From Massalongia carnosa (Eukaryota), in contig OZ287068.1 in NCBI GenBank assembly GCA_965645245.1, forward strand, positions 1,736,001 to 1,800,000: a DNA stretch of 64,000 bases, read 5' to 3'. A model generated the notes under the pieces. The model was not told the DNA's origin. It made no database searches and saw nothing but the letters and a program-made list of their open reading frames with translations. A program made the translations under genes and the position numbers. This document shows, one piece after another, positions 25,982-36,787 of this stretch; within the stretch, counting starts at the first letter, position 1; each line of letters starts with the position of its first letter.

Positions 25982-28012
25982 TCAATATTTATCCAGGAAA
26001 AGATAGGGGAAAAACCCCACCAGTACAATTCCCGTACCTAGTTCCGTCACCGACTGATAGCGCCTCACCGCCGCATTTTTATGTGAGCCGCCCACTCCAT
26101 GCGACGAGCTGAATGATCCCCAGTGCAATTTAGCTCCATCGTGGCCACCTTTGGGATCTGCTTCTCTGCGGGCCACGTCGCCTGCGTTGGCGACGGCAGG
26201 CTGCACGCTGGAGGGGGCGGGAGGGAGGTGGGGAGAAGCGGGCGCGGAGAGGGGAAGGAGTGCCAGGGCGCCTGGAAGCGCGTGGAGGAGAAGGATCGCA
26301 AGGAGGAGGGATAGGGCGCTGGAGGAAGAGGAGGAGGACGAGGAGGAGGATGAGGAGGGGGATTGTCTTGCTACTGCACTGGATGAGGTTGCCGCGCTCT
26401 TGCCTTCGGAACGGTCTTTCACCTTGCTGGCTTTGGCCGTGCCTTTACCCGCGATGCTCGTGGCGTTCGCGACAACGGCTGCACTCTTGCCGGTCACGTA
26501 TCCATTCGCCGTGCCGACACCGCTCGAGGCGGCGTAAAATACCTTCCCCCCCTCAGATTGAACGTCACTCGCGATACTTTGAGCTCGGTCGACCGGATGA
26601 AATTCCGGGGCTCCGAATCCTCGCTTGGGATAGGCGTGAGTGACGGTGGTAGCGAAGGTGCGGGCCAAGAAGGGCGTCGGTGTTGGACCTGCCGCGGCGG
26701 TGCTCGTTAGGGGAACGGTTCGGGGAGATGGCGGTTCGGACACGGCGCGCGCTCGCCTGTGAGTTGGTTCGCGGAATGCTATGCCTCCGAGCCAGCGAAG
26801 CTTCATGGTTGGAGTGATGGCGCTCGCGGATAAGGCAACCGACGTAACTCCTCCCGCAGCAACTGGATCCCCCACCGTGGTCTGTGGTCCCCGTGTCTCG
26901 GAGTCCGCTTCGGCTCTTTGATTTATTCTAGCCGCGATCCCCGAATAGGTTTCTGCCAGCTCGTTTCTGTCCGGTTTGACACCCGCCGGGCTATCTAGCT
27001 GAATGTCCGTTTGAGCAGGGGCCGGTGATCTTGCCAACATCTTAGACTCTATAGGGCCCTTGAAATTTTCACGAGCCAGATTGCCGGACTCAGCGCTGTC
27101 TTCTATAGATATCGTTGGCAGACCTGACCGTGCGTTGAGATCTGTGGGAACGATTTCGGGGTTATTCGCTGGAGGCATGGGTCCATCGCTGCTGTCGAGC
27201 TGGCGATGAGAAACGACCGTTTCCTCGCGTTTATTTGACTTGCATCCTCCGTCTGCTTTGCATTGATCTCTATATGCATCGGCTTCTATAGACATCTCTA
27301 CGTCTGGCGATATGCCGTTAGCGGCATCGAGGTTCGCTGGAGGCATGAGTTCGTCACTGCTGTCGAGCTGGCGATGAGAAACGACCGTTTCCTCGCGTTT
27401 ATTTGACTTGCATCCTCCGTCTGCTTTGCATTGATCTCTGTATGCATCTGCTTCTATAGACATCTCTACGTCTGGCGATATGCCGTTAGCAGCATCGAGG
27501 TTCGCTGGAGGTATGAGTTCGTCACTGCTGTCGAGCTGGCGATGAGAAACGACTGTTTCCTCGCGTCTATTTGCCTTGCATCCTCCGTCTGCTTTGCATT
27601 GATCTCTGTATGCGTCTGCTTCTATAGACATCTCTACGTCTGGCGAAATGCTGTTAGCAACATCGCCCGTTGTTGGAGCTGCACTATCGATTGGACTGGG
27701 GCTCAGGGTGCTTGAACTTGAGGTAATGCCCACGGAGCTGCTGATAATGATAGTGGTGGTGCTGCTTGGAGCACCGCCAGCATTAGGATGGATGATGAAA
27801 GCCCCGATGTGAGTGTTGTCGGGTATACCCTTGATATTGTCTATAGCCTCATGAATTATCTTTAATACTGGCGTATCATTGACCAACGACCTGGGTACAC
27901 GAGAGTTTCCGCTGCTGGGACTTGTTGATGATGGCAGCGAAGCCGACAATGTAGTAGCCCAGCAGATCGAGCGGGAAAGTAGAAGTGGAATGACGAAGGA
28001 TGATAAATACAT
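25982..28012 (-). CDS. Secreted repeat-containing precursor with Kex2-type dibasic sites (KEP-like)
   Basis: Single long ORF. Signal peptide MYLSSFVIPLLLSRSICWA, three 56-aa repeats each with RR/KR, an internal hydrophobic segment and a hydrophobic C-terminus. Confidence 0.7.
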   Translation of the reverse strand: MYLSSFVIPLLLSRSICWATTLSASLPSSTSPSSGNSRVPRSLVNDTPVLKIIHEAIDNIKGIPDNTHIGAFIIHPNAGGAPSSTTTIIISSSVGITSSSSTLSPSPIDSAAPTTGDVANSISPDVEMSIEADAYRDQCKADGGCKANRREETVVSHRQLDSSDELIPPANLDAANGISPDVEMSIEADAYRDQCKADGGCKSNKREETVVSHRQLDSSDELMPPANLDAANGISPDVEMSIEADAYRDQCKADGGCKSNKREETVVSHRQLDSSDGPMPPANNPEIVPTDLNARSGLPTISIEDSAESGNLARENFKGPIESKMLARSPAPAQTDIQLDSPAGVKPDRNELAETYSGIAARINQRAEADSETRGPQTTVGDPVAAGGVTSVALSASAITPTMKLRWLGGIAFREPTHRRARAVSEPPSPRTVPLTSTAAAGPTPTPFLARTFATTVTHAYPKRGFGAPEFHPVDRAQSIASDVQSEGGKVFYAASSGVGTANGYVTGKSAAVVANATSIAGKGTAKASKVKDRSEGKSAATSSSAVARQSPSSSSSSSSSSSSSALSLLLAILLLHALPGALALLPLSAPASPHLPPAPSSVQPAVANAGDVARREADPKGGHDGAKLHWGSFSSSHGVGGSHKNAAVRRYQSVTELGTGIVLVGFFPYLFLDKY
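27163..27658 (-). repeat. Coding tandem repeat, 168 nt x 3, near identical
   Basis: Unit ISPDVEMSIEADAYRDQCKADGGCK[AS]N[RK]REETVVSHRQLDSSD..PPAN; tgcatcctccgtctgctttg recurs at 168-nt spacing. Confidence 0.95.
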
Positions 28013-29470
28013 CTTTCTCCAGCGGGAAAACGGTGGTTTTCCAAAAAGAGAGGAATATGGGTGATCTTTTAGAATAGATAGCGAGAGAGTAGGCTGAGAG
28101 GTGATATGCTGGAATCTCAAAGGTTGAACGTATTATGGAGGAAAAGAACCTGTAGCTGCCCGTGTGATATGTGGAGCAACACTAGGTGTAATTAGGTATA
28201 GAAGGTCCGGCTTCTGTAAAGTGAGGGTAGATCGAAGATAACGAGTCTACTTAGGATAGAACAACTTTGGGAACGACAATGTAGGCCATCAACAGGACGG
28301 GCCTGGGGTTTTATGTAGGCACCAGATTTTCCACAGATGCTGTGAGGCGGAGACGTGAGTGAATGAACGGGGGAGTAGTCAAGTGAACGGAACCGATCCA
28401 GTGGCGTAACCTATGCAGTAACTCCTGGCTACACAAGCTTTATGAAACAAATTTAGGGGGAAGAAGTGAAATGCAAGAGATTACGCGAGAGAGAGAGTGT
28501 GTGTGTGTGTATCTATGGTGGTTTCGGTCATTCGCTTTTTCTGAAAGATTTCTGGCAGTTTCATCAAAAGCTGCTGCGGGACTGGCAACGCGGGCTGAAA
28601 CATATTTTGTGGTAAGTGAAGTGGGTGGAGTAGTAGTGAAGTAATGAGGAGAAAAAAGATAGTGGACGAAATAGTAAATGAAGTAGCAAATGGAACATCA
28701 AGTAGGTGAAGTAAGAAATGGGGCGGTAGGTGAAAATGATAATCACACTCTGGTAAGAGAATAGTAAATGGAGTATTGGTAGTAAGAAACATTGCCCCTT
28801 TGTTAATCCTGCTATATCTGCTGCTACAATCCTCCCTTAATCAGATATTTCACCTGTGACTCAAGTTCGATATAATTATTAAACAGTAACCGCTTAAGAA
28901 TCTCCCTTGGCCGTAATATTTGAAAGTTTAACATCAGTCAAACCATCGTGCAAAGGGGGAGTGGAAAGTACTTATGTAGTTATGTAAGCCTCCAACGAAA
29001 TTTGTGCCAAGAAGGAGGAGAAGAAGAAGAAACCCCCCTTGGCTGACTTGACTAATCCTGGATAAATTCGCCTACAGAATTGATTCAGTTCCTTGTGTCG
29101 CCCGTATTAATTAATCCTTCATCCTAGCCCTCAATAGAAACTGATGAGGGTGGATTTTTTGGGGGGGGGGAGGATGAAATGGAAGTGTCGGGAGTAGAGA
29201 ATCTAGCACCATGAACCTTACGATTTCCATCACAGCCACGCGCGTTTGCGTATCTAGTAAAGAGAGGGTGAGTATCGAAATAGAGGAATGGAACGAAAGC
29301 TGACCTGGGGAAAAATAACTAGACGAGGAGGGTAGAAGATACATGGCATCTCCTACCAACTCTCAATCCATCAAAGAATCAAAACCCCTATAAATACCAA
29401 CGCAAACATGGTCCAAACTCCCAGCTCTAGACCAACCCAAATCCCCTTTCCTGAAATTAATTTACCCGCC

Positions 29471-29798
29471 ATGCTCCCCTCTTCACCTGCATTAGTGATG
29501 TTCCTATACGTCTTAGGCTTCTTCGACTCCGCCTCTGTCGAGCCTAGGATGTTGTTTGCCGATGTTGTTGGAGAAACAACTAGTAGGAACCCAGGGTCGG
29601 AAGCTGGAGCATTGGAGGAAGAAGCAAATAACGAGGTAAAATCGGATGTTGCGAAGACGGCGTGTGAAAGTATGGCTGTAATCAGGATAAAATTGATACC
29701 TGCAAATCTTTTGGGTGTCAGACGAAGCGGGTGCTGTTACAGTGCCATTGTGGGAGGCGGTAGTGGTGGTGTTTGCCAGGACGCTGCTTGCTTGCTAG
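29471..29798 (+). CDS. Putative small secreted, GPI-like protein (2 exons)
   Basis: TATAAATA at ~29389. Signal-like MLPSSPALVMFLYVLGFFDSA. Intron GTATGG 29670 to CAG 29721 gives the tail NEAGAVTVPLWEAVVVVFARTLLAC*. Confidence 0.4.
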
Positions 29799-31854
29799 AT
29801 CAGCGATGAGAGGCTTGTTGTTGTTACCAAAGTAGATAGGGTGGCCGGTAGAGCTATTGGTAACGTGGTCGATATCAATGTTGAGAGCGTGGTTAAGAGG
29901 GTTATTGGTAGACTACTATACCAGGAGACTTGTTGGAATAACAGACGGGAGAGCCGTTAGGATTTTTGTTAGTAGTAGCTCTGGGGGTACGCCTCGTAAG
30001 ACTAATTCCCCAAGTCCATCCAGGACGATGGATCCTAAGAAGGGAATAGTATTCGAGGACGCAAAAGCCCAAAGAGATGAGCATAAGATCAGCAGAAAAG
30101 GTGTGATGGTTGAAACTGCATTTTATCTTAGTTTAAGGGAAGCTTATGACTTTTGGTGGTAAATTTTCTTCTTAGGGACAGGAGATTTAAGAGGAGATTT
30201 AAGAGAGATGGTATTCTTTGAATGCGAGAAATGTCAATGTCTTAGGGATGGGATGTAGTACAATATTTCACATATACCGCACTAATTTCCTCCTACTCTG
30301 GTTTCGTCGTTTAATGTTAATGTTAGTGATGGATGAATCAATCCACAAGAAGTGATCGATTGCTGCGAAATATCATCTTCGAGTCGCTTCACAACCAAGT
30401 GTCGGCGAAGTCGAAACTCGATAACTCGAATATAGAGACATAACAATCATTCTTCATATGAAGCGTTTGCAGTGCTTTCTATTTTTTGAAGAGAGAACCG
30501 TCTTCTAGCGGCTGGCAACTGCACATATCTTCACCGGCCAATAAACTTATCAAGGTATGATTCTGATTTTCCCAGCGTTTGGCAATTATCAATGAGTACA
30601 ACCCAATCCTCCTACTCAGCTGAAAAAAAGTGGTTTGCCGCAAGTTTTTGTGCAAGCAGGTAAACCATGACCTTTAAGCATCCCGCTGGGAATAAGCCAT
30701 GCAGGAAAGGGGAGGCATTTAAATGAACATATCTTCCTCTGAAAGCTCTGTCACGTTAGTGGCATCTGTAAATAGAGACGTTTATAATAGCAGCTTGTTT
30801 ATATCCCAAATCACAGTGATCTTGATTTCCAAACCAAATGATTGCCAGCAATAGCACTCCGAGTTTCCAAGTCTCTTGTTCATATAATTCCTTCGTGTGA
30901 AATTGGTGATTTCCGCTTCTCGCAATTGCCAGACCCGAGTCTTTCAAGTTACCTTCCCTTGAGCTTTCTCAAATCGTCCTTCTATTTGTTTCCCTGGAAG
31001 GTGCTCTCTGGATCATAATGTGTGATACGTTGAAGGTTGTCACGGTGTGTTTAGACAAATTTCAAGGCTATATGATAACCCCCATGGTGACAGGGGTAAC
31101 CTGCGATATTCCTGCTTTAGAATCAACTAGCTCTTTTGGATATGGGTAATCTTTGCCAACGATGTTATCCGCATAGCCACAGGAACACCGGAAACGAAAA
31201 AAAAAGCTGTCAGATATATTTAACTTGAACGTAGTAACAAGGAGATTCTGGTAAGTGACAGCTTTGAAGTATAAGAATACTGTCCAAAGCCTTCTTGCAA
31301 ACGAACGATCAAAACCCGGAATTTCTGCTGCTTCTCTGTATACGTAACCTCAAGAAGACCATGGCACCAAGTCCGTAATGATGAACCCCAAGCTCCTTGT
31401 GGACTTGAATGTATTTTGAAGAGACTGACGAAGGCTAACCAATGGGATATCCCGGATGTACCTTTATAAATATGTCCAAAGGAGTAACATAAGAGCGGAT
31501 CCTTGCATTGGTAACCTTAGCATAACATAATCAGCACCGCTTTCTATGGCTAATGTCTTAAGAACTACCAGAGGTGTATTGCAATAAGCATTTGATAACT
31601 CTGAAGGTGTAGTCGAAGCGTCTCGGCTCTTGGAAAGACAGTATGCTGTAAGTTGTAGTTGAACAGATGACTAGTAGAAGATCGAGCAATAGGATGAAGC
31701 AAATAGTTGATAGCTGATAAGGTAAACGACTTAGCCTAGACCCAGCAAGCCAAAGAGGATTGGAAGGGTATCTGTAGCTACTAGAGAAACAATATTCCAT
31801 TTTCCGAATTTTTCTTGGTCAAGTATTAGTTTTCGATAACTAAAATTTATCAAG

Positions 31855-32050
31855 TCCTTTATGGTCGAGTGGTCAAGACACCTCATCTCCCCTCTTAAGG
31901 CCAAGGATGGAACTTCCCCGGGAGTCCGTAATCCATCCTTGCGAATCGCATGCCACTGTGTAAATCCTCGTTAAGTCTGAGAGGGTTTCGTGTACCAGAT
32001 CTGCCAAGCTTGAGCGCAACACTCAACTTGCCGGCTGGGAGACATTTTGA
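31855..32050 (+). ncRNA. Candidate structured Pol III non-coding RNA (unassigned family)
   Basis: A-box TGGTCGAGTGG (31862-31872) inside a perfect tRNA D-arm. Several stems (e.g. 10 bp, 31902-31911/31932-31941) and a closing helix. T-runs at 32045-32057; B-box GGTTCGAGTC at 32107-32116. Confidence 0.5.
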
Positions 32051-33440
32051 TGTTTTTATAGAAGGGGGAAGGGGGTGGTGATCGGAAATTTTTGGAGAAG
32101 GACGGTGGTTCGAGTCTTGGTTTTGCAGGATATTTTCAGGGGTTTATTTCTTTCCAAGGTCTTTCTTTTTCTTTCAACAACACGGAAAGCTTAAATTTTC
32201 CTAGGAGATGGCTGCACTTACATCGTTCTTACATGTGCCTCTTCATCAATACCAAAATACTCAACTATCCACCCCAAACAACACAATCGCCACCCTAGCT
32301 TGCCCAGTCTTTAATCTGCCCCATAAACTTAAGTACCGATCACCTATTCGCGCCGGCACGACCACTATAGTAACACCACCTACCTATCCGTACCATCAAC
32401 CACCACCACCACCACCACCAACAATAACAAGAGCAACAACGAAAGAATTCAGAAACGCTTCCACTTCAACGTTGCACATACTAAGCTGCAAAATACACAA
32501 CACTAATCCTAACAATGTGCTATTTGCTTATTCATATCCCACGACACCTCCCCATATTAAATAGTAAATATAACATAAGAGCTTGAACACAGCAGCGTTT
32601 TAAAGTAGATGAAAAATTTTGTCATCAGCGAACAACGCGCTTCCATTCAAGCGTACCTCCATATGTCGAGGAGTATATCGCCAAATTAAATTAGGCTAGC
32701 AGGCACAAAAAACGCTACAGCGAAGAATTTAGAAAGCTACCACGATTGGCATCCCTTTGCAGATTTATCTTGTTTAAAAAAAAAAAAGGGGGCCGCAGCG
32801 CCCAATATCTTTATCTCAAAATGCCGCACAGCATAGAGCCCAAGAACTTTCGCAAAGCTCTGCGGGTTTTCAACACGTCGATCTGGGCAAAAGATTCCAT
32901 ACGGTGGTATTATAGACCTAATTCATAGATAGGTAGGTTGGTTAGAGTGTAGTCTCTGAACTGGCAGGGGCATGCATCCGCGCGCTTGCATGGCTCTTGG
33001 CAGGCCCGGCACGCTAGTTACTAGGGAGCTGACTAAACATTATTCTCTAAAATCACACACACCCACTTCCTTGTAATCATGAGAAAATGCATTCGCTTGC
33101 CTTTCAAAATTCGGAAATATGAAATGGAAAGCGAAACCTCTGGATTCTGGAATCGACTTTTGACTTTAAAATTGATCTAGTTCTCTCACTGCTCTAAAAG
33201 GCTGCACAGAAACTCAACCGCCAAGCATCCTCATCATTGATGAACACCGTGTCCATACCAGGCGTTAAAATACCCAATTTCATGGCCTATCAAAGCTCAT
33301 GATGACTTGGAAACACCTCCAACGCATACCTAGTTCACCCCTACTTTTCCATGACACATATTTTGCCATACTCGGAGAATATCCAATCTTGCTCCCCGAC
33401 CATTCCTAGATCTTCCGTTGAACCGCATCCACAACTGCAG

Positions 33441-34598
33441 TCAGTCATCACCGGAGAGATCGATAATCTCTTCTGTGGTCGGGGAAGTAGCAGCCTTAGG
33501 TTTCTTTTCCCAGGCTGATTTTATAATCTTTTCATATTCTTCATCCCGCTCTCGTTTGACACCCTTCTCTGCCTTGAGTGGCCCTTTAGTTTTGCTGCGT
33601 GCAGCCTTCACAAACAGGTCAGCATGTCTGCATCAGCTTTTGAGCAGAGAGGGAGATGCAATACCATTTGCGTCCTAGCATATCCTCGGAGTTCCTCTTG
33701 GGTCCATTGCTCAACAGAGCGATGCTTCAAAGCAACAGGAGAAGGCGTCCTGGGAACCAGTAAATTTTTCTGTAGAGCTTCTGCAGTGTTTTCGGAAAAA
33801 TTTTTTTGGTGGCATGGTATGTTCTCACTTCGTGAATGATATTCAAACTTAAGAACCGCATTCGGAGAGTTGCAGCCATCTTTGTACTTAACCTCAAAGA
33901 TCTCCTTGGAATTGACTACCCGCTTCCTTCCTAGACTGCTTTGGTCCATAAGTCATGTGGAGATGTAGATTATATGTCCTTACCTGCAAGAAAGAATCCC
34001 TTTTAAGTTTTCCTCCGAAATCTCGGTAATTGGTTGCAATTCTCAAGGTAAAATTGATCGAGATCCGTTAGTGATCTTCCTCAACATTACCATGCGGTAA
34101 ATTTTGACATCTATGCTCCCCAACGCACTGAGAGAGTCTCTGGGGAGCCTGCTAGTATCTACTGCGGCTTCTACGACTGCAGCGGTGAGTGACCGAAAGC
34201 ACTACTTAAAACACCAACACTTACCATGTCTTAGCTCCTGAAACGTGAACGGCCTCCGTTCCCAAATATTTTGGTTTGAAGTCTCTGAACCATGGACGCT
34301 ACGTTTCCATTGATGTTTACTCTGTTGAATTTATCCTTGAGCATCATCACAATTTCCACGAAGATGCCATCTAAGTAAATCCCCATAGCAAGAGCGTCCG
34401 ATGTCATTCTATATGATCTGAAAACCGAGATATTTATTATGAAGCTAGCATTGGAAATAGCCTCCTAGCATTGGAAATAGCCTCGACGTGTTTGACTATC
34501 ATGTTAGGGCTTTCGTTGTTCATTTGTTCCCCCTCATATCGATGGGATTGCCTCACATCGATAATCACGTTAATCTCAAAATCTCCAAGGATGGCCAT
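33441..34598 (-). pseudogene. Pseudogene of a conserved fungal family (DUF7918-like), introns retained
   Basis: Reconstruction: MAILGDFEINVII...VEAISNA/SFIINISV..LAMGIYLDG...RPFTFQEL|..LGSIDVKIYR..ISEENLKG|..FEYHSR..LLVPRTPSP..EELR..|..VKRER..IIDLSGDD*. Broken by a 20-bp duplication, another frameshift and an in-frame TGA. Confidence 0.65.
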
Positions 34599-35205
34599 TT
34601 TTCCGCTGAACGATTAGAACTAATAGCGTATTCAAACTAAATAAATAATTGGAGATAGCAGCATATGTTGGTGGCACACAAATAAGACAAGAAATAGGAG
34701 GGACAAGGTTTGTTAAGGTATGGAAGTAATTAGAAGGTACCAATTTTGAGTGAGGTAAACCTTTCAGCATACGGAATCTTTCGCTTTGTTGGCATCTAGC
34801 AGATTCCCGATAAAAGCATCGTAGATAAGGAAACATCTGCTGGAGTTGTCGCTGTGGCTCCCATACATCCCGTTGTAGTCAAATACCGAGGAGACTACAA
34901 AATGCTAACCGGCTTACTTGCTTTGCACGTTACAAATGAACTCAACTGAATTTTATGGAGAAACGCCCGAGGATAGTTGGTCGTTTCGGGCATGTACTGT
35001 GGTGTAGATATATATGTAGAGGAAATCCTCATCACACCCTATCCACCATGAATATTATCGCAAACAGGCCTTGAACGAAGAATACCAAATCTTGGCATAT
35101 GCAACCAACGCCAGTACAGGCTGCCTTTCCCCCATTTACGCCGACCAAATCTGCATATCAAATCTGGCATGCAAGTGTTGTAAAGTGAAACCGTTCTCCA
35201 CTTCA

Positions 35206-36208
35206 TCACCACGGCCCAACTTGAACTGGGAGATTGGAGCCATAAGTTCCTGACAGAAGCTCGTGCCTGACAGAGGTTATGTCATCGCCACGGGTGTTGT
35301 ACTGCTGGCCGGTAGACTGGCCACCCATCCATCCTAGATTGGCGCTTAACTCATTCATGGCTTCCTGGAGCTTTCCGTGGGCTTGCTGGTTATGCTTCGA
35401 AATCTTCTGATCCCATCCACCATACTGAAGTTGTATACCGCCTGCTCGTTTGGCTGCTTCCCGAATGACTAAAGTCCATGCTCTTGAAACCTCTTCATAC
35501 GCGTTTTGCTTGTGCAAATTGTTCTGAAAAGAGCTCCATTCTGGAAGGCGGTGGACAATATCGGTGGCACTGTCCAGAAAAGCAAGTGATACAGTCGTCT
35601 GGGTCTCGTTTGGTGGGAGGAAATGTGGGGTGAAGTCGGCGAGAGCTTCAAGAAGGTTCATCAAAGCTTGCTTCACCCGATTGTATGCATAATCCGAAGT
35701 TGAATCGCCACCGAAAGGAAATGAAGACTGTAGAGCTGATTCATAATTCTTGAGGACACTGATAGCGGATGGAACGCTGGGTTTAGGAGCGCTGTTTTCC
35801 ACCTCTGTGCCTATTGACGGATGACGTGTACATATCGACTGAAGAACCCCTCGTAAGGACTCGGCATCCAAGGTCTCCAATAGTCGCGATAAAACAAGTG
35901 GTCGACCAACAAGACTAGATCTGGGTCGCTTAGTTTGTCGGTGAGCAGGCAATGAACGGGATGATAGACCAGGCGAGTTTGTCGGCGACGCAGACATCCG
36001 ATCGTCTGAATAAGACTCATCATCCTCGGCCTTCCGTTTGCGAGTGGTGGAATTACTGATCGCAAATGATACTATGAGGTTGGTATTAGCATACGTCCAA
36101 GTGGATAGCAAAGGTAGCCGCTGGACGATACACACCGGAACGTGAGGGCGAAAGGCGGGCAGCGAAGAGATGATGAGGTGGAGGAGGAGTGGCCATGATA
36201 CTATTCAT
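35206..36208 (-). CDS. STS1: Tethering factor for nuclear proteasome Sts1/Cut8 (2 exons)
   Basis: [49 protein letters not shown]. First exon [10 protein letters not shown] at 36208. Confidence 0.9.
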
Positions 36209-36787
36209 GATTGGAGAAGATGCTTTATAAACCTTAGTTTGACGATGTCAAGCTCTTTCAAGATTTAGGAGTTGCGGGGGAAAGCTCCTTTTTGAAAAAG
36301 ATTGAAGATGAAGATACAAGAGCTTGGAAGAAGTGGGGAGGAACAATCCGCTTGTTTTGGACATGGTCAACTCTTGGCATTTCCTTCCAATGAAACGTCT
36401 TTCAATCGTTCATCAAAAAAATCCGACGTCTTGATTCACATTTACCGTCTTTATCACATCACATTCAGTGGGAACTTGTGTTTGAGTAGTTGTACCTTGT
36501 AGAAAAGGCAGAATTGGTTGCGTTTATTACAATACGCCACCGTCCCGCTATGCTCTACCTGGCCGTTTGATCAGCTGCTGGTAGATTCCTTGCTCGATTA
36601 GTTATCGTCTATCATTCCCATCTTGCTCAATCCTCCCACCAATGAGCGATCTCCATGTATTCCAATGCGTTCTCATAAGCTTATTTACGGTTCAACAGCC
36701 GACCGGGCTGAACCAGCATCATACAAGCATTCATACCCCAAACACCTTGCAATATGCGTATAAAACGGTTGAAACATCTGGGAATAT

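Noticed and set aside
27163..27658. Alpha-type mating pheromone precursor (ppg1/ppgA)
   Set aside because: The peptide is C-x5-C without the aromatic WC start, the repeats are long, and the EA/DA dipeptides do not directly follow KR. The resemblance is only architectural.
30400..31800. Possible degraded gene on the minus strand
   Set aside because: Fragmented frames with splice-like signals, but no family could be recognised.
30000..32100. Telomerase RNA ending at the Sm-like site
   Set aside because: No TAACCCTAA-type template was seen upstream on this strand.
31855..32125. Intact or intron-containing tRNA gene
   Set aside because: The D-arm is perfect, but there is no anticodon stem with U33. 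The flanks of the B-box do not pair as a T-stem or acceptor stem, and T-runs lie between the two halves.
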